Assembly (NCBI GenBank): GCA_951406725.2
Contig: OX597824.1
Span: 17,484,001-17,548,000 of the forward strand
Reading direction: 5' to 3'
Length of the DNA: 64,000 nt
DNA from: Octopus vulgaris
Taxonomy: Eukaryota
Shown piece by piece: positions 13,831 to 32,175 of this stretch (position 1 is its first letter; each line of letters begins with the position of its first letter). A program made the position numbers and the translations under genes. The notes under the pieces are model-generated. The model was given only the letters and a program-made list of their open reading frames with translations, was not told the origin of the DNA and made no database searches.

Positions 13831-14413
13831 ATTTTCTACTCTAGATACAAGGTCCGATATTTTGGGGGAGGGAACCAGCCAATTAGATCGACCGCAGTAC
13901 GCTACTGGTACTTAATTTATCGACCCCGAAAGGATGAAAGGCAAAGTCGACCTCGGCGGAATTTGAACTCAGAACGCAACGGCAGACGAAACACCTATTT
14001 CTTTACTACCCACAAGGGTTCTAAACACAGAGGGGACAAACAAGGACAGACACACGGATTAAGTCGATTACATCGACCCCAATGCGTAACTGGTACTTAG
14101 TTTATCGACCTCGAAAGGATGAAAGGCAAAGTCAATCTCGGCGGAATTTGAACTCAGAACATAACGGCAGACGAAATACCTAATTCTTTATTACCCACAA
14201 GGGGCTAAACACAGAAGGGACAAACAAGGACAGACATAGGTATTAAGTCGATTACATCGACCACAGTGCGTAACTGGTACTTAATTTATCGACCCCGAAA
14301 GGATGAAAGGCAAAGTCGACCTCGGCGGAATTTGAACTCAGAACGTAACGCAGACGAAATACCGCTAAGCATTTCGCCCGGCGTGCTAACGATTCTGCCA
14401 GCTCGGCCGCCTT
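13831..14413 (-). mobile_element. SINE-B trimer (tail-1, tail-1, tail-2)
   Basis: Junctions near 14180 and 13995; imperfect TSD GCTGGTACTAAATATT / GCTGGTATGTAAATATT. Confidence 0.92.
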
Positions 14414-15152
14414 GCTGGTATGTAAATATTAATGCCATGTAGGCACACAGTATTTCGTTATGCAACTGTAATATGCTACAAAGTATATTGAACGTTTTTA
14501 TAAGTCAATATCGAGTCCTGCTGTGTTAGAGGAAACCTAAAAGTGGTCTGTTTATTCATATTTTTTAATTGAAGTGATTGAATTAACATTTGACTTTGCA
14601 GCGTCAAAATTTAAGTGTAAGAACATCTTAGGCAATGTATGTTGAAATGCACGCCCGCCTGAGAATAATAAACTAATCTCAAAAGTTAAGAAAAAAACCA
14701 AATTCAGAAGAAACTTCTTAAACAAAGAAGACTGAATATCAGAAAAAAATAATTACATGTGATTAAATGTCTTTGAAAACAGTAACGTATGTAGCATTGG
14801 CAAATTCCTGTAACGCCCGCAAATCTGCTATGGTCTGTCGCTCTGCATGGAAGTTCCCGGAATCTTCAAAGTATTCTAATAAGATTAGCTTCTAAGGTTT
14901 CTCTAATATGTCAGATGCCGACAGCTGCATGCTAAAATATTAAATTTAGGAAATTTAGCAAAGGGTAATTTGTCCTCATTGTTGGGCTCCCATAGTAATC
15001 AAGCGTCGAGGTTGACCCAATGAATATATTCACTTGGCTATTAGTTATGAGAAAAGAAAAAAAGAACAGAATATTAAAACATATTACACTCTAAAACAAA
15101 GACACACCCACACTTCTAGTAAGAGATGAACTCTTACTACTGAGACTCATTT

Positions 15153-15930
15153 ATAAAGTTCATTATTATTAACGTAAAAGAAGGTGTCTTTAACTTATAA
15201 TCAGCTAAGGCCACACTTGAAAAATCTGAGGATAATAATATGCAGTTTAATGCTGAAAAATTCCAGGCCCTGCGCTCTTAGCATCCAAAACTGAATATGA
15301 AACTTACAGGGAATTTCAATCCCAGAGCCTAAATCAATGAGGGACCTGGGTCCAAGTGCACATTACCAGGATGGCGACAAAGTGCAGACGACCGGCTGGA
15401 TGGTTCCAAAGAACAGTCAGAACCAGAGATAAGGAAACCATGATGGTCCTCTGGCGGACATACGTTAATAATAAAGTTCATTATTATTAACGTAAAAGAA
15501 GGTGTCTTTAACTTATAATCAGCTAAGGCCACACATGAAAAATCTGAGGATAATAATACGCAGTTTAATGCTGAAAAATTCCAGGCCCTGCGCTCTTAGC
15601 ATCCAAAACTGAATATGAAACTTACAGGGAATTTCAATCCCAGAGCCTAAATCAGTGAGGGACCTGGGTATCGACATGAGTGACGATGCCTCTTTCCAAG
15701 TGCACATTACCAGGATGGCGACAAAGTGCAGACGACCGGCTGGATGGTTCCAAAGAACAGTCAGAACCAGAGATAAGGAAACCATGATGGTCCTCTGGCG
15801 GACATTCGTCCTCAGCCGCCTGGATTACTGCTCACAGATATGGTCACCCACCAGTGTGAAATTAACAGGGGACCTTGAAGCAATCTAGAGAAGATTCACA
15901 AAGAAGATCGTCTCTTTGCAACAGCTCAGC
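15153..15930 (+). mobile_element. CR1-group LINE ORF2 fragment, partly tandem-duplicated with flank
   Basis: EDNNMQFNAEKFQALR..VRDLGIDMSDDASFQVHI..RTFVLSRLDYCSQIWSP..DLEAI*RRFTKKI; 15153-15461 repeated at 15471-15804. Confidence 0.88.
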
Positions 15931-16203
15931 TGATACACAAGAGGCAAGTGGCTGTAGTGAGAAACATGACTTTATAGGGATTATACAGCTATCAATCCAG
16001 GTAGACACAGGTGCAGAAAAATCATGTATTTCAACATAAAATATAACATGATTGGAATTACGATTATAGTTAGGTGTATTTCAGCTTCGACTGACATCAT
16101 TTGCCCACTTCTCATAAACAACAAAAGATTGTTAAATGAAATAAGAGATAAATTAGTTTCAGCAGCTCATGTAACATAGGACCCGAATTATATTTTTTAC
16201 AAC

Positions 16204-16430
<227 letters not shown>

Positions 16431-16643
16431 AGCGCCGGAATAATAAAAAAGAAATAGCAACATAAAAATATAATGCTAAGTTAAGCTTGGACAAAAACAG
16501 AAACTGCATATTTGCATTTGCATATGTGAACGGCATTCATTGCAAAACAACAAAAAAAAGACAAATCTGTCGCGATTCTGTTGTGCATAACGTCAAGATA
16601 TTGCGTTACTGCAGTTAGAATGCACAACAGCATAAGTGTACCA

Positions 16644-17888
16644 GAACATATTGGTAACTCTGTCGCAGTGTTTCTGACTCATTAAAACAATGTAACGTTC
16701 TGTTAATAAAGTATATTTAACCGTCGAGGTCGAATCTGTCTTTTGTCCTTTTGGGGTCGATAAATTAAGTACCAGTTGCAAACAGGGGTCGATCTTATCG
16801 ACTGACCTCCTCTCCCAAAATTTCGGGTCTTGTGCCTAAAGTAGAAAAGAATATGTTGGTAACTCTGTCGCAGTGTTTCTGACTCATTAAAACAATGTAA
16901 CGTTCTGTTAATAAAGTATATTTAACCGTCGAGGTCGACTCTGCCCGTTATCGTTTCGGGGTCGATAAATTAAGTACCAGTTGCACACAGGGGTCGATCT
17001 TATCGACTGACCTCCTCTCCCCAAATTTCGGGTCTTGTGCCTAAAGTAGAAAAGAATATGTTGGTAACTCTGTCGCAGTGTTTCTGACTCATTAAAACAA
17101 TGTAACGTTCTGTTAATAAAGTATATTTAACCGTCGAGGTCGACTCTGCCCGTTATCGTTTCGGGGTCGATAAATTAAGTACCAGTTGCACACAGGGGTC
17201 GATCTTATCGACTGACCTCCTCTCCCAAAATTTCGGGTCTTGTGCCTAAAGTAGAAAAGAATATGTTGGTAACTCAGTCGCAGTGTGTCTAACTTATTAA
17301 AACAACGTGACATCCACTTAATAAAGTATATTTATCCGTCGAGGTCGACTCTGTTTTTTGTCCTTTTGGGGTCGATAAATTAAGTACCAGTTGCACACAG
17401 GGGTCGATCTTATCGACTGACCTCCTCTCCCAAAATTTCGGGTCTTGTGCCTAAAGTAGAAAAGAATATGTTGGTAACTCAGTCGCAGTGTGTCTAACTT
17501 ATTAAAACAATGTGACATCCACTTAATAAAGTAAATTTATCCGTCGAGGTCGACTCTGTTTTTTGTCCTTTTGGGGTCGATAAATTAAGTACCAGTTGCA
17601 AACAGGGGTCGATCTTATCGACTGACCTCCTCTCCCAAAATTTCGGGTCTTGTGCCTAGAGTAGAAAAGAATATATTGGTAACTCAGTCGCAGTGTGTCT
17701 CACTTATTAAAACAATGTGACATCCACTTAATAAAGTTTATTTATCCGTCGAGGTCGACTCTGTCTTTTGTCCTTTTGGGGTCGATAAATTAAGTACCAG
17801 TTGCGCACAGAGGTCGATCTTATAGACTGGCTCCTCCCCGCCAAATTTCGGGCCTTTTGCCGAGAATAGAAAATAATAAAGTATATTT
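16644..17888 (+). repeat. Six-unit 205-bp tandem array, each unit ~70 bp flank plus 3' half of SINE-B (tail-2)
   Basis: TTGGTAACTC recurs at 16651, 16856, 17061, 17266, 17471, 17676. Confidence 0.97.
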
Positions 17889-17969
17889 GTTTCTTTTTTA
17901 GCCTCTAGTCACTCTCCTCACAAGCCATTCTTATGACCGTAACCGTTTTAGATGTAACAATTAACAAAA

Positions 17970-18217
17970 TTATAAGGTAAAGCCCCTTTCCGTGTCATAT
18001 AGACTCATAAAGCTAATTTCCCGTTTTTTTTGTAGCGTATATATATCCTCTATTGGACGGGATGCCAATCCGTCGTTACTCATTTTTGCCTGCATTATAG
18101 CAAAGTGAAATGAAGTGTTTTGCTTAAGAACACAACGCATTGCTGAATTCAGGAATCGAAACCACATTCTTCTGATCATGAGTGCAACACACTAACCACT
18201 TAGCCATGCGTTTCCAC
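17970..18217 (-). mobile_element. Old SINE-A-related (CORE/V-like) copy
   Basis: GGAATCGAAACCAC..CTAACCACTTAGCCATGCG head and GAAATGAAGTGTTTTGCTTAAGAACAC, as at 61095-61340. Confidence 0.7.
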
Positions 18218-18628
18218 AGATGTGAAAATTACGTCTTTGCTGTTCACAATTAGGAGTTTTGTTTTAATGTTTTCTTCTTCTGGAAATAAATGTTTCTTGT
18301 GAGCGATTACAATCTTGCATAAGTCCCAGCACAGCTTCTGTACAGAAAATTATTTAATACAAAACTTCAAACGAGTAGGTGACACATAGAAAAGACCCTA
18401 AGTCAAAATGGCTGTCATATCTTTCTCATATCCCATATACAATACCTACGCGCACTTACAAATAGGAAGTAGGTTTGACACATTGGATTATAAACTCTTC
18501 GACATGAAATGGGATTGACAACTCGATAAAGGGAAACCCCTTCAGAATTGATCAATTTGAAAAAATAGCAGTGAAGTTAACCTTAAATCGTTGATTTAGT
18601 TAAGATTAAAAGATTTTCATTATACTTT

Positions 18629-18838
18629 GTTAGTTAGTTAATATTTTTGGCTCAAAAAGCAAAAAGCAAGGCCATGTAGGGGGACATGGAGTTATGTACA
18701 GGGTGGTGTTCATGTAAAGAGTTCAGGCCACTTGTGGTCAAGGGAGACTTTGAACCGAGCGGTCGTTGGCATCTTCACCATCTCGTCCGGCAGCTTATTC
18801 CACGGATCCGTAACCCGAACGGAGAAAGCCCCTCTCCT
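18629..18838 (-). mobile_element. CR1 LINE extreme 3' end
   Basis: RRGAFSVRVTDPWNKLPDEMVKMPTTARFKVSLDHKW* is the typical CR1 C-terminus; short UTR and (AACT)n tail. Confidence 0.85.
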
Positions 18839-19203
18839 TTGTGTTGAAACACACAAGAGAATGGCAGTGATTACATTTCCTCTTTTGAAAAAAAAAGAAA
18901 ACAAAAAATACCAGAATAGTAAATACCAGTAATTAATTTCGGACACCGACAGTTTGTGGACAAACACCCAAATTTAGCAAAGGATTGTGAAAAATATTTG
19001 TGGTTTTAGATATTAGCAGGAGGCTTGCAATTCAAAGGATGGAAAAAATGGATAGCATCGACCTTACTGCTAAACAATAAAAAGGGGCTGTCGATTGAAC
19101 TCAGGACGTAATGAATTGGAACAAATGACGCATAGTATTTTGACTGATGTGATGACAAGTCTACGAGCTCGGTTCCACATTTTTAATAATTTTGCTATCA
19201 TAA

Positions 19204-19803
19204 GGCGGCGAGCTGGCAGAAACGTTAGCACACCGGGCGAAATGCTTAGCGGCATTTCGTTAATCTTTACATTCTGGGTTCAAATTCCGCCGAGGACGAC
19301 TTTGCATTTCATCCTTTCGGGGTCGATTAAATAAGTACCAGTTACGCACTGGGGTCGATAAAATCGACTTAATCCGTTTGTCTGTCCTTGTTTATCCCCT
19401 TGTGAGTAGTAAAGAAATAGGTAATTTCGCCTGTCTTTATATTCTGAGTTCAAATTCCGCCGAGGTCGACTTTGACTTTCATCCTTTCGGGGTCGATAAA
19501 TTAAATACCAATTACGTACTGGGATCGATGTAATCGACAACCCCATTGTCTGTCCTTTTTTGTCCCCTCTGTGTTTAGCCCTTTGTGGGTAATAAAGAAA
19601 TAAGAGGTGTTAGCACGCCGGGCGAAATGCTTAGTATTATTTCGCCTGTCTTAACATTCTGAGTTCAAATTCCGCTAAGGTCGACTTTGCCTTTCATCCT
19701 TTCGGGGGAGATAAATTAAATACTAGTTGAGTTACTGATGTCGATGTAATCGACTGGCCGCCTCCGCCAAAATTCCAGGCCTTGTGCTTGGAGTTGAAAA
19801 GAA
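19204..19803 (+). mobile_element. SINE-B trimer (tail-1, tail-1, tail-2)
   Basis: Junctions near 19420 and 19603; TSD AATAATTTTGCTATCATAA / AATAATTTAGCTATTATAA. Confidence 0.92.
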
Positions 19804-19827
19804 TAATTTAGCTATTATAACAAACTA

Positions 19828-20020
19828 CTCCCACAGAAAAGGCTCGTGTCTAACCCTTAGCATGTAAGGTGATGCTCACAGACTTTTGGGACCAGCATAG
19901 AATAGTGACGGTGAATTTTCTTGCAAAATGCACCACAATTAATGAGGCATATTATGATTTCTGCATCTCTGCAGGACACCATCAAAGCAGAGAGGAGGGG
20001 CATGCTGACCGAAGGAGTCA
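19828..20020 (+). pseudogene. Mariner transposase fragment
   Basis: KVMLTDFWDQHRIVTVNFLAKCTTINEAYY..LQDTIKAERRGMLTEGV. Confidence 0.82.
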
Positions 20021-20299
20021 ATTGTGCTATAGAATCTTCGAACATGCCGTTCAGCACTTTTCCTTGCTTGCTAACGTATCTGCCAGCACCTAACTTTAGA
20101 GTAGCAAAACCATTAACAATTATTCTTCAAGGCTAGTAAACTGCAAAATATAAATATCCACACTGCCACACTTCAAACGTACCTGCTATAACTCTTTATC
20201 TCGATTTGAATATACGTGAAGGTATTTAGAATGTCCAAACATATTTCTGTAAAGGTGCTAAGCACTGGTTCTAATCATAAATTAATAAGCGTAGGAGCG

Positions 20300-20649
20300 A
20301 GGTAAATGCAGTTAAAATAGCGGGGCCAGTGGAGTGACATTTGAGCGGCCCTTCAGAAATCGAACCTTCTTACGATACTTCCTGGGATTTCATGGTATGA
20401 ATTCATTGTCATTGCTTCGATTTGGTCGCCAATGCCATGTATTTAGTTTAAAATGAAGTAAAATTAGGGGGAGGGATCAGTGGGGTCCACTTAGGTGGCC
20501 CTTAAAGAAATATACCCCCTTAGCACATTCCCTGGGATTAGGGGAGATGCTGGTTTGTGTATCGTTGTCCTTGCACCACACGGTCTATAAGGTGTTAACG
20601 AACATACAAACGTGACAGACAGAGAAGCATCATTCAAAATTATAATGGA
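20300..20649 (-). mobile_element. Possible old Helitron-like element (5' part)
   Basis: Reverse strand A|TCCATTATAATTTTGAATGATGCTTCTCTGTCTGTCACG; internal degenerate repeat CAGTGG..GGCCCTT..CCTGGGATT twice; no 3' CTAG found. Confidence 0.35.
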
Positions 20650-21092
20650 TGAGGCAATATACTATTTGGCATTTGTTCTAAATCTTTACGTTCTGAGTTC
20701 AAATTCTTTCGTGGTCGACTGTTCATTTTTTATCCATTTGGAGTCAATAAAGTAAGTACAGGCTTAGCAGTAACGTCGATGAAGGGACTTGAACAAACGT
20801 CGTGGTCATAATAATTAACGATGATTTTTCGTATTAAGAAAAGGAATTTTAAGGGAGAGAACACCTGATTATATTAGATGCGATATACTTGAATATCCCT
20901 CTAGAATTTCTTCCCTGGATATTTGAAAACCCTTGAAGTATTTAGCTTTCGATCGAAGATGTATAATTAGTTACCACAAATGCATTACCTCCACGGCATC
21001 CAATTTCTCTACACATATGTATCCATGTACATGAGCATGTATACATACATACATACAGACAGACACACACACACACATATATATGTATGCAA

Positions 21093-21135
<43 letters not shown>

Positions 21136-21146
21136 CATATATTGTT

Positions 21147-21487
21147 GAGGCGCAATGGCCCAGTGGTTGTGCCAGAGGATTCGCGGTTTCGATTCCCAGA
21201 CCGGGTGTTGTGAATGTTTTTTGAGCGAAAACACCTGAAGCACAACGAGGCTCCGGCAGAGGGGTGTGTGGGCGGACTCTACTGTACACTTTGACCACAA
21301 CTTTCTATCGCTCTTTCTTTCTGTTTCCGTTGTACCTGTATTTCAAAGGGGCCAGCCTTGTCACGATCAATCTCCCCGAGAATTACGCGTCTGTGGAGTG
21401 CTCAACCACTTGCATGTTAATTTCACGAGCAGGATTTTCCATTGATCGGATCGACTGGAACCCTCGTCACCGTAATCGACGGAGTGC

Positions 21488-21490
<3 letters not shown>
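21147..21490 (+). mobile_element. SINE-A, tail type 2
   Basis: Same head; 3' module GTGGAGTGCTCAACCACTTGCATGTTAATTTCACGAGCAGG..CGACGGAGTGCC as at 47214-47597. Confidence 0.88.
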
Positions 21491-21526
<36 letters not shown>

Positions 21527-21528
<2 letters not shown>

Positions 21529-21595
21529 TTAGTTCAAAATGTGACCGTGTGTGTATCGTTGGCGATATTTTCCGTTTGTGTTTTCTTGTTTGGAT

Positions 21596-21600
<5 letters not shown>
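21527..21600 (+). mobile_element. Internally deleted copy of the Penelope-like fragment at 53617-53840
   Basis: Shares GTGTGTATCGTTGG and TTTGTGTTTTC.TGTTTGGATTAAC ends; embedded in (TA)n. Confidence 0.7.
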
Positions 21601-21630
<30 letters not shown>

Positions 21631-21802
21631 TTTGTCCTTTACTTCTGTCCGTAATTCGATGGCGGCGGTTCACAGTCTTCAATTTTAAATTTTTAATACC
21701 TCGAGCTTATAAGTTCTGTCGCCGAACAGCTGGGTGACGAAGAAGTAAAGACGCGAACAGAGACACAAGGACACACACAGACACACACACACCTACACAC
21801 AT

Positions 21803-21885
<83 letters not shown>

Positions 21886-22439
21886 TGCGTGTGTGTGTTG
21901 GTATACGAAGGGCTTCGGCTTCTGTTTTAGGTTCTGTCTACCAGATACACGAAAAAATGGTTTGGTTGACCCGAGAATATGATGGAACCCACATCCAAGG
22001 TGCCATACATTGAGACTGAACCCGAAACGATACGGTTGGCAAACTTCATATATACGTATGTAACACATATATGTATATATATGCACATGTTTTATATATA
22101 AATATTTATAAATAATATATATACACAAACAAAACAGAGAAGGTACACAGATATAGAGCGCTTATGTGTGAATATACGTGTGTGTATGTGCGTGACGGAT
22201 TTTGTGAGGGCGCAGGTGCTTCGTTGCATTCGTGTGTGTATGGAAGTTACATAGACTATGCTACACAAAGCGCGTGTTCAAAAGATCAATCTCTTGATGC
22301 GAAAAAGTATAACCAAGGATTATCTATGTAATTTTACATGCAGTCATGTAAGGATGTATAAAACGAAAGCACATGGCGCGTGCGCGCGATCACACGCGCA
22401 GTTACGAAAAACGCATACATATTTCTACGTAAAAATAGA

Positions 22440-28780
<6,341 letters not shown>

Positions 28781-29219
28781 ATTTTTGTGTGCATATGTCT
28801 GTACACTAATGTCTCTGTTGCTTCTGTTTTCACCTGTACCTAATTATATCCACAAATACAAACGATATGGAAAACAATAAGATCAACAACAACAGCAACA
28901 ACAACAACAACAACAACAACAACAGTTATAATTGCAACAACAAGAATTAATGTAATAACAATTTTATTTATTTATAGAAACCGAATTCTTTGCTTTATAG
29001 TTCCTGCTCCACATCAACACTTCACCTTAATTACTCTGTGTCTAGTAGCCGTTGATTAGATGCATTCTTCTATATGCATTTACATCTAATATATATTATA
29101 TATAATGAACTAGGCGACACTTTCACACCTAACATATCTGTGAAATTTCTTTTAATAACTCTCTCATCCAGATCTCCGTTCGAAATACTAATTTATATAT
29201 ACGCATTTATCTTAAGCAG

Positions 29220-29825
29220 AACTAATAAACATTCTACTATGGATGCAAAGCCTGGAATTTTGGGGTTAGATACATGGCTAATCGATTATTTCTACCTCCC
29301 CATCACCGTGCGAGAATAGAACTTTTTTTCGATTCTGAAAGGACTTCAGTGGAATTTGAACTTACAACGTTAACCCGGAAAAAATGCCGCAAAATAAGAA
29401 CTAACACATTTTCTACCATGGACATAAAGCCTGGAATTTAGGGTTTGGCACCGTGGCTAATCGATTACTTCTACCTCCCCACCCCCGTGTTTGAATAGAA
29501 TTTTTTTTATCCTGAAAGGGCGGGAGATGAAGTCGACTTCGGTGGAATTTGAACTCACAACGCTAACTCGGAAAGAAGTGCCACTAAATCAAAACTAATA
29601 AATTTTCTACTATGGACATAAAGCCTGGAATTTAGGGCTTGGGTACGTGGCTAATCCATTACTTCTACCCACAACCCCTGCTTGAATAGAAGTTATTTTT
29701 TCGATCCTGAAAGGAGGTTAGGTGAAGTCGACCTCGGTTGAATTTGAGCACAGAACGTAAACCCGGAAAAAATGCCACTAAACATTTTATCCGGCGTGCT
29801 AACGATTCTGCTAGCCCGCCGCCAT
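29220..29825 (-). mobile_element. Old SINE-B-like trimer (tail-2-like units)
   Basis: Three diverged units of ~180-200 bp, TTCTAC.ATGGA..AAAGCCTGGAATTT..GGAATTTGAAC; head at 29790-29825. Confidence 0.8.
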
Positions 29826-29854
29826 AATGATTACTAATACGATGTTAACTAAAG

Positions 29855-30060
29855 TGGGTGAGGTGGGAGAATCGTTAGCACGCCGGATAAAATGCCTAGC
29901 TGCATTTCGTCCGTCTTTACGTTCTGTGTTCAAATTCCGCTGAGTTCGACTTTGCCTTTTATCCTTTCCGGGAAGATAAAAAATAAGTACCAGTTGAATA
30001 ATGGGGCCGATGTAATTGCCTAACACTCTACCCTTAACTTGCTGGCCTTGTAAGAAAATT
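29855..30060 (+). mobile_element. Old SINE-B copy, head-to-head with the preceding one
   Basis: GAATCGTTAGCACGCCGGATAAAATG..GACTTTGCCTTTTATCCTTTCCGG..AAGTACCAGTTG. Confidence 0.8.
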
Positions 30061-30387
30061 TTAAACCGATACAATCCTAACTGTGAATATCTTAGTTTAA
30101 ATGTAGTAAAATATATTCATATACTCTTTAACACCCTTTGACACGTTTCAGTTATTTGACGGTGGTCAAGCTGGAACACTGCCTTTTAGTCGAAGAAATC
30201 TACCCCAGGGTTTATTCTTTGTAAGCCCAGTACTTATTCCATCGTTCCTTTTTGCAGAACTGCTAGGTTTCGGAAACATAAACACACCAACAGCGATGGT
30301 AGAGGGACAAACACAAAAACACATACATTTAAGTATATATACATATATAGTTGAAATTTAAAGAAAAACAAAAGACGAAGAGAGATA

Positions 30388-30873
30388 TGTAGTGACGTCA
30401 TTTTCCAGTCTGCGTGTGGGGGACGTCATTCTTCAGTGTGCGTGTGCGGGGCTGGAACCTTCTGGAAAGGCCTAAGGAAGTTCCCTCATGCACATGCGCT
30501 AGAGACTGGGGAAGAAAATTCTATCGCGTTCCTTGTTAGCGTCGTTGACTTGAGACACGGCTATTGAAGAGGAAGGACGTGTTAAACGTGTGATTAGCCT
30601 ATTCTCCTGTCCCAGACGCTTGGGATTTGACCTGCTCTTTTGCTGCTAAATTTGTTGTGAGGTTTATCTTACAAGTGTTAAAATTCAGCCTTGCTATATC
30701 GAACCAAGTGGATACCAATATACCAACGTGCTTCTTTTGTAAATAAGAAAATAAAGAGTCATATATACTTTTAAGGTTGCGTTCTTGTTCCTGACTGGTA
30801 GTTTCTGGAAACAAAAAAAAGGAAATTGTGTTACACCCAAACAGTGTTAAAAAAATCAACCAGTTCCTTTACA
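30388..30873 (+). mobile_element. Solo LTR (486 bp), Gypsy-like
   Basis: TGTA...TACA termini, 4-bp TSD GATA (30384-30387, 30874-30877), internal AATAAA near 30750. Confidence 0.72.
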
Positions 30874-30928
30874 GATACATAAATAAGAAAAAGGTGTATT
30901 AGTTTGATGCTCGGGAAAGTGAGAAAGT

Positions 30929-30964
30929 CTTTTATGTTTCGAGCTTACGCTCTTCACCAGAAAG
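30929..30964 (-). ncRNA. Degenerate minimal type I hammerhead ribozyme in a Penelope-like fragment
   Basis: CTTT-CTGGTGA-A-GAGC(GTAA)GCTC-GAAA-CATA-AAAG; core has A6 changed to G. Confidence 0.65.
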
Positions 30965-31544
30965 GAACACGAGGAAATAAACAGATGACGGGCTTCTTCC
31001 AGTTTCTGTCTACCAAATCCACTCACGAGGCTTTATTAGGCCCGAGGCTATAGCAGAAGACACTCTCCCAAGGTGCAACGCAGTTGAACTGAACCCAGAA
31101 CCATGTGGCTAGGAAACAGACTTCTTATCACACAGCCACGCCTTCGCCTATAGTATAATTTACTAAAATAACATGTGCTCGAAATTTAAGCGCCTGCAGA
31201 ACTCTTATGAATGTATCTTTCTCTCATAGGTTAACAACCGTTCATAGAAAGGTCTCGAAGTATATAAAAACAAGCCACTCCTAATTTAAAACCACCTCCA
31301 CCACCATATGGTTTGAATTTCGACCATAAGGTCGGTCCTTTAATCGCCTACAATTTTACAAGGTGTGATTCATATGAATATGTTTAGTATGGCATTGGCG
31401 GTGAGATCTAATCTGCATCTGTTGCTTCAGTTTCAACTGCTTGGTTGGGTGGCTTGCTACACTTCTGAAGGACATTAGCATTGTCCCACCTTTCGTCACT
31501 TCCTTACACACACATGCAAACACACGTATATTACGGTTTTCATT

Positions 31545-31799
31545 TGTCTTATACTTGGTTTAGTCATTGGACAGCAACCATGCTTGGGCACTGCCTGGAA
31601 GTGTTTTAGTTGAACAAGTCAATATCAGTACTTATTTTGTAGTTTAATAAAGCCTGTCACTCATTCTGACGTCTTCTTTTTACTGAACCGTGAAGTGGAC
31701 ATAAACAAACCAACAGAGGTTGTCAAGAGATTATAAGTGACAAAAACAAACACAAAGACACACACACACACAGAGACATCTAGAGAAAAGTATAGAGCA

Positions 31800-31864
<65 letters not shown>

Positions 31865-31865
31865 C

Positions 31866-31938
<73 letters not shown>

Positions 31939-32175
31939 CATACATACATACATACATACATGCATACATACATACATACATACATACGTACATAGACAGA
32001 CAGTCATACAAATAGATAGTTAGATAGATAGATACGTTGCTATTTTTTCGATTTCTTTTTAGCAAATCCACTCACAAGAATTTGGTAGACACTTACTATA
32101 GTGCAACGTAGTGAAACTAAAGAGGAAACCATTGAGTTGGTAAGAAAAAACCTTACAACACAGCTACGCTTACGC
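31545..32175 (-). mobile_element. Old SINE-C with internal tract expanded to (TATG)n(TATC)n
   Basis: Tail remnants 31545-31760, (GATA)n 31801-31938, head remnants 32035-32175. Confidence 0.7.

Larger units (their letters stand above)
30123..31150 (-). mobile_element. SINE-C with nested Penelope-like fragment and solo LTR
   Basis: Tail 30123-30345, head 30986-31150, insertion in the internal microsatellite. Confidence 0.82.

Noticed and set aside
16644-17888. CRISPR-like regular array
   Set aside because: Whole 205-bp units are repeated with no unique spacers, content is SINE-derived, and there are no cas genes.
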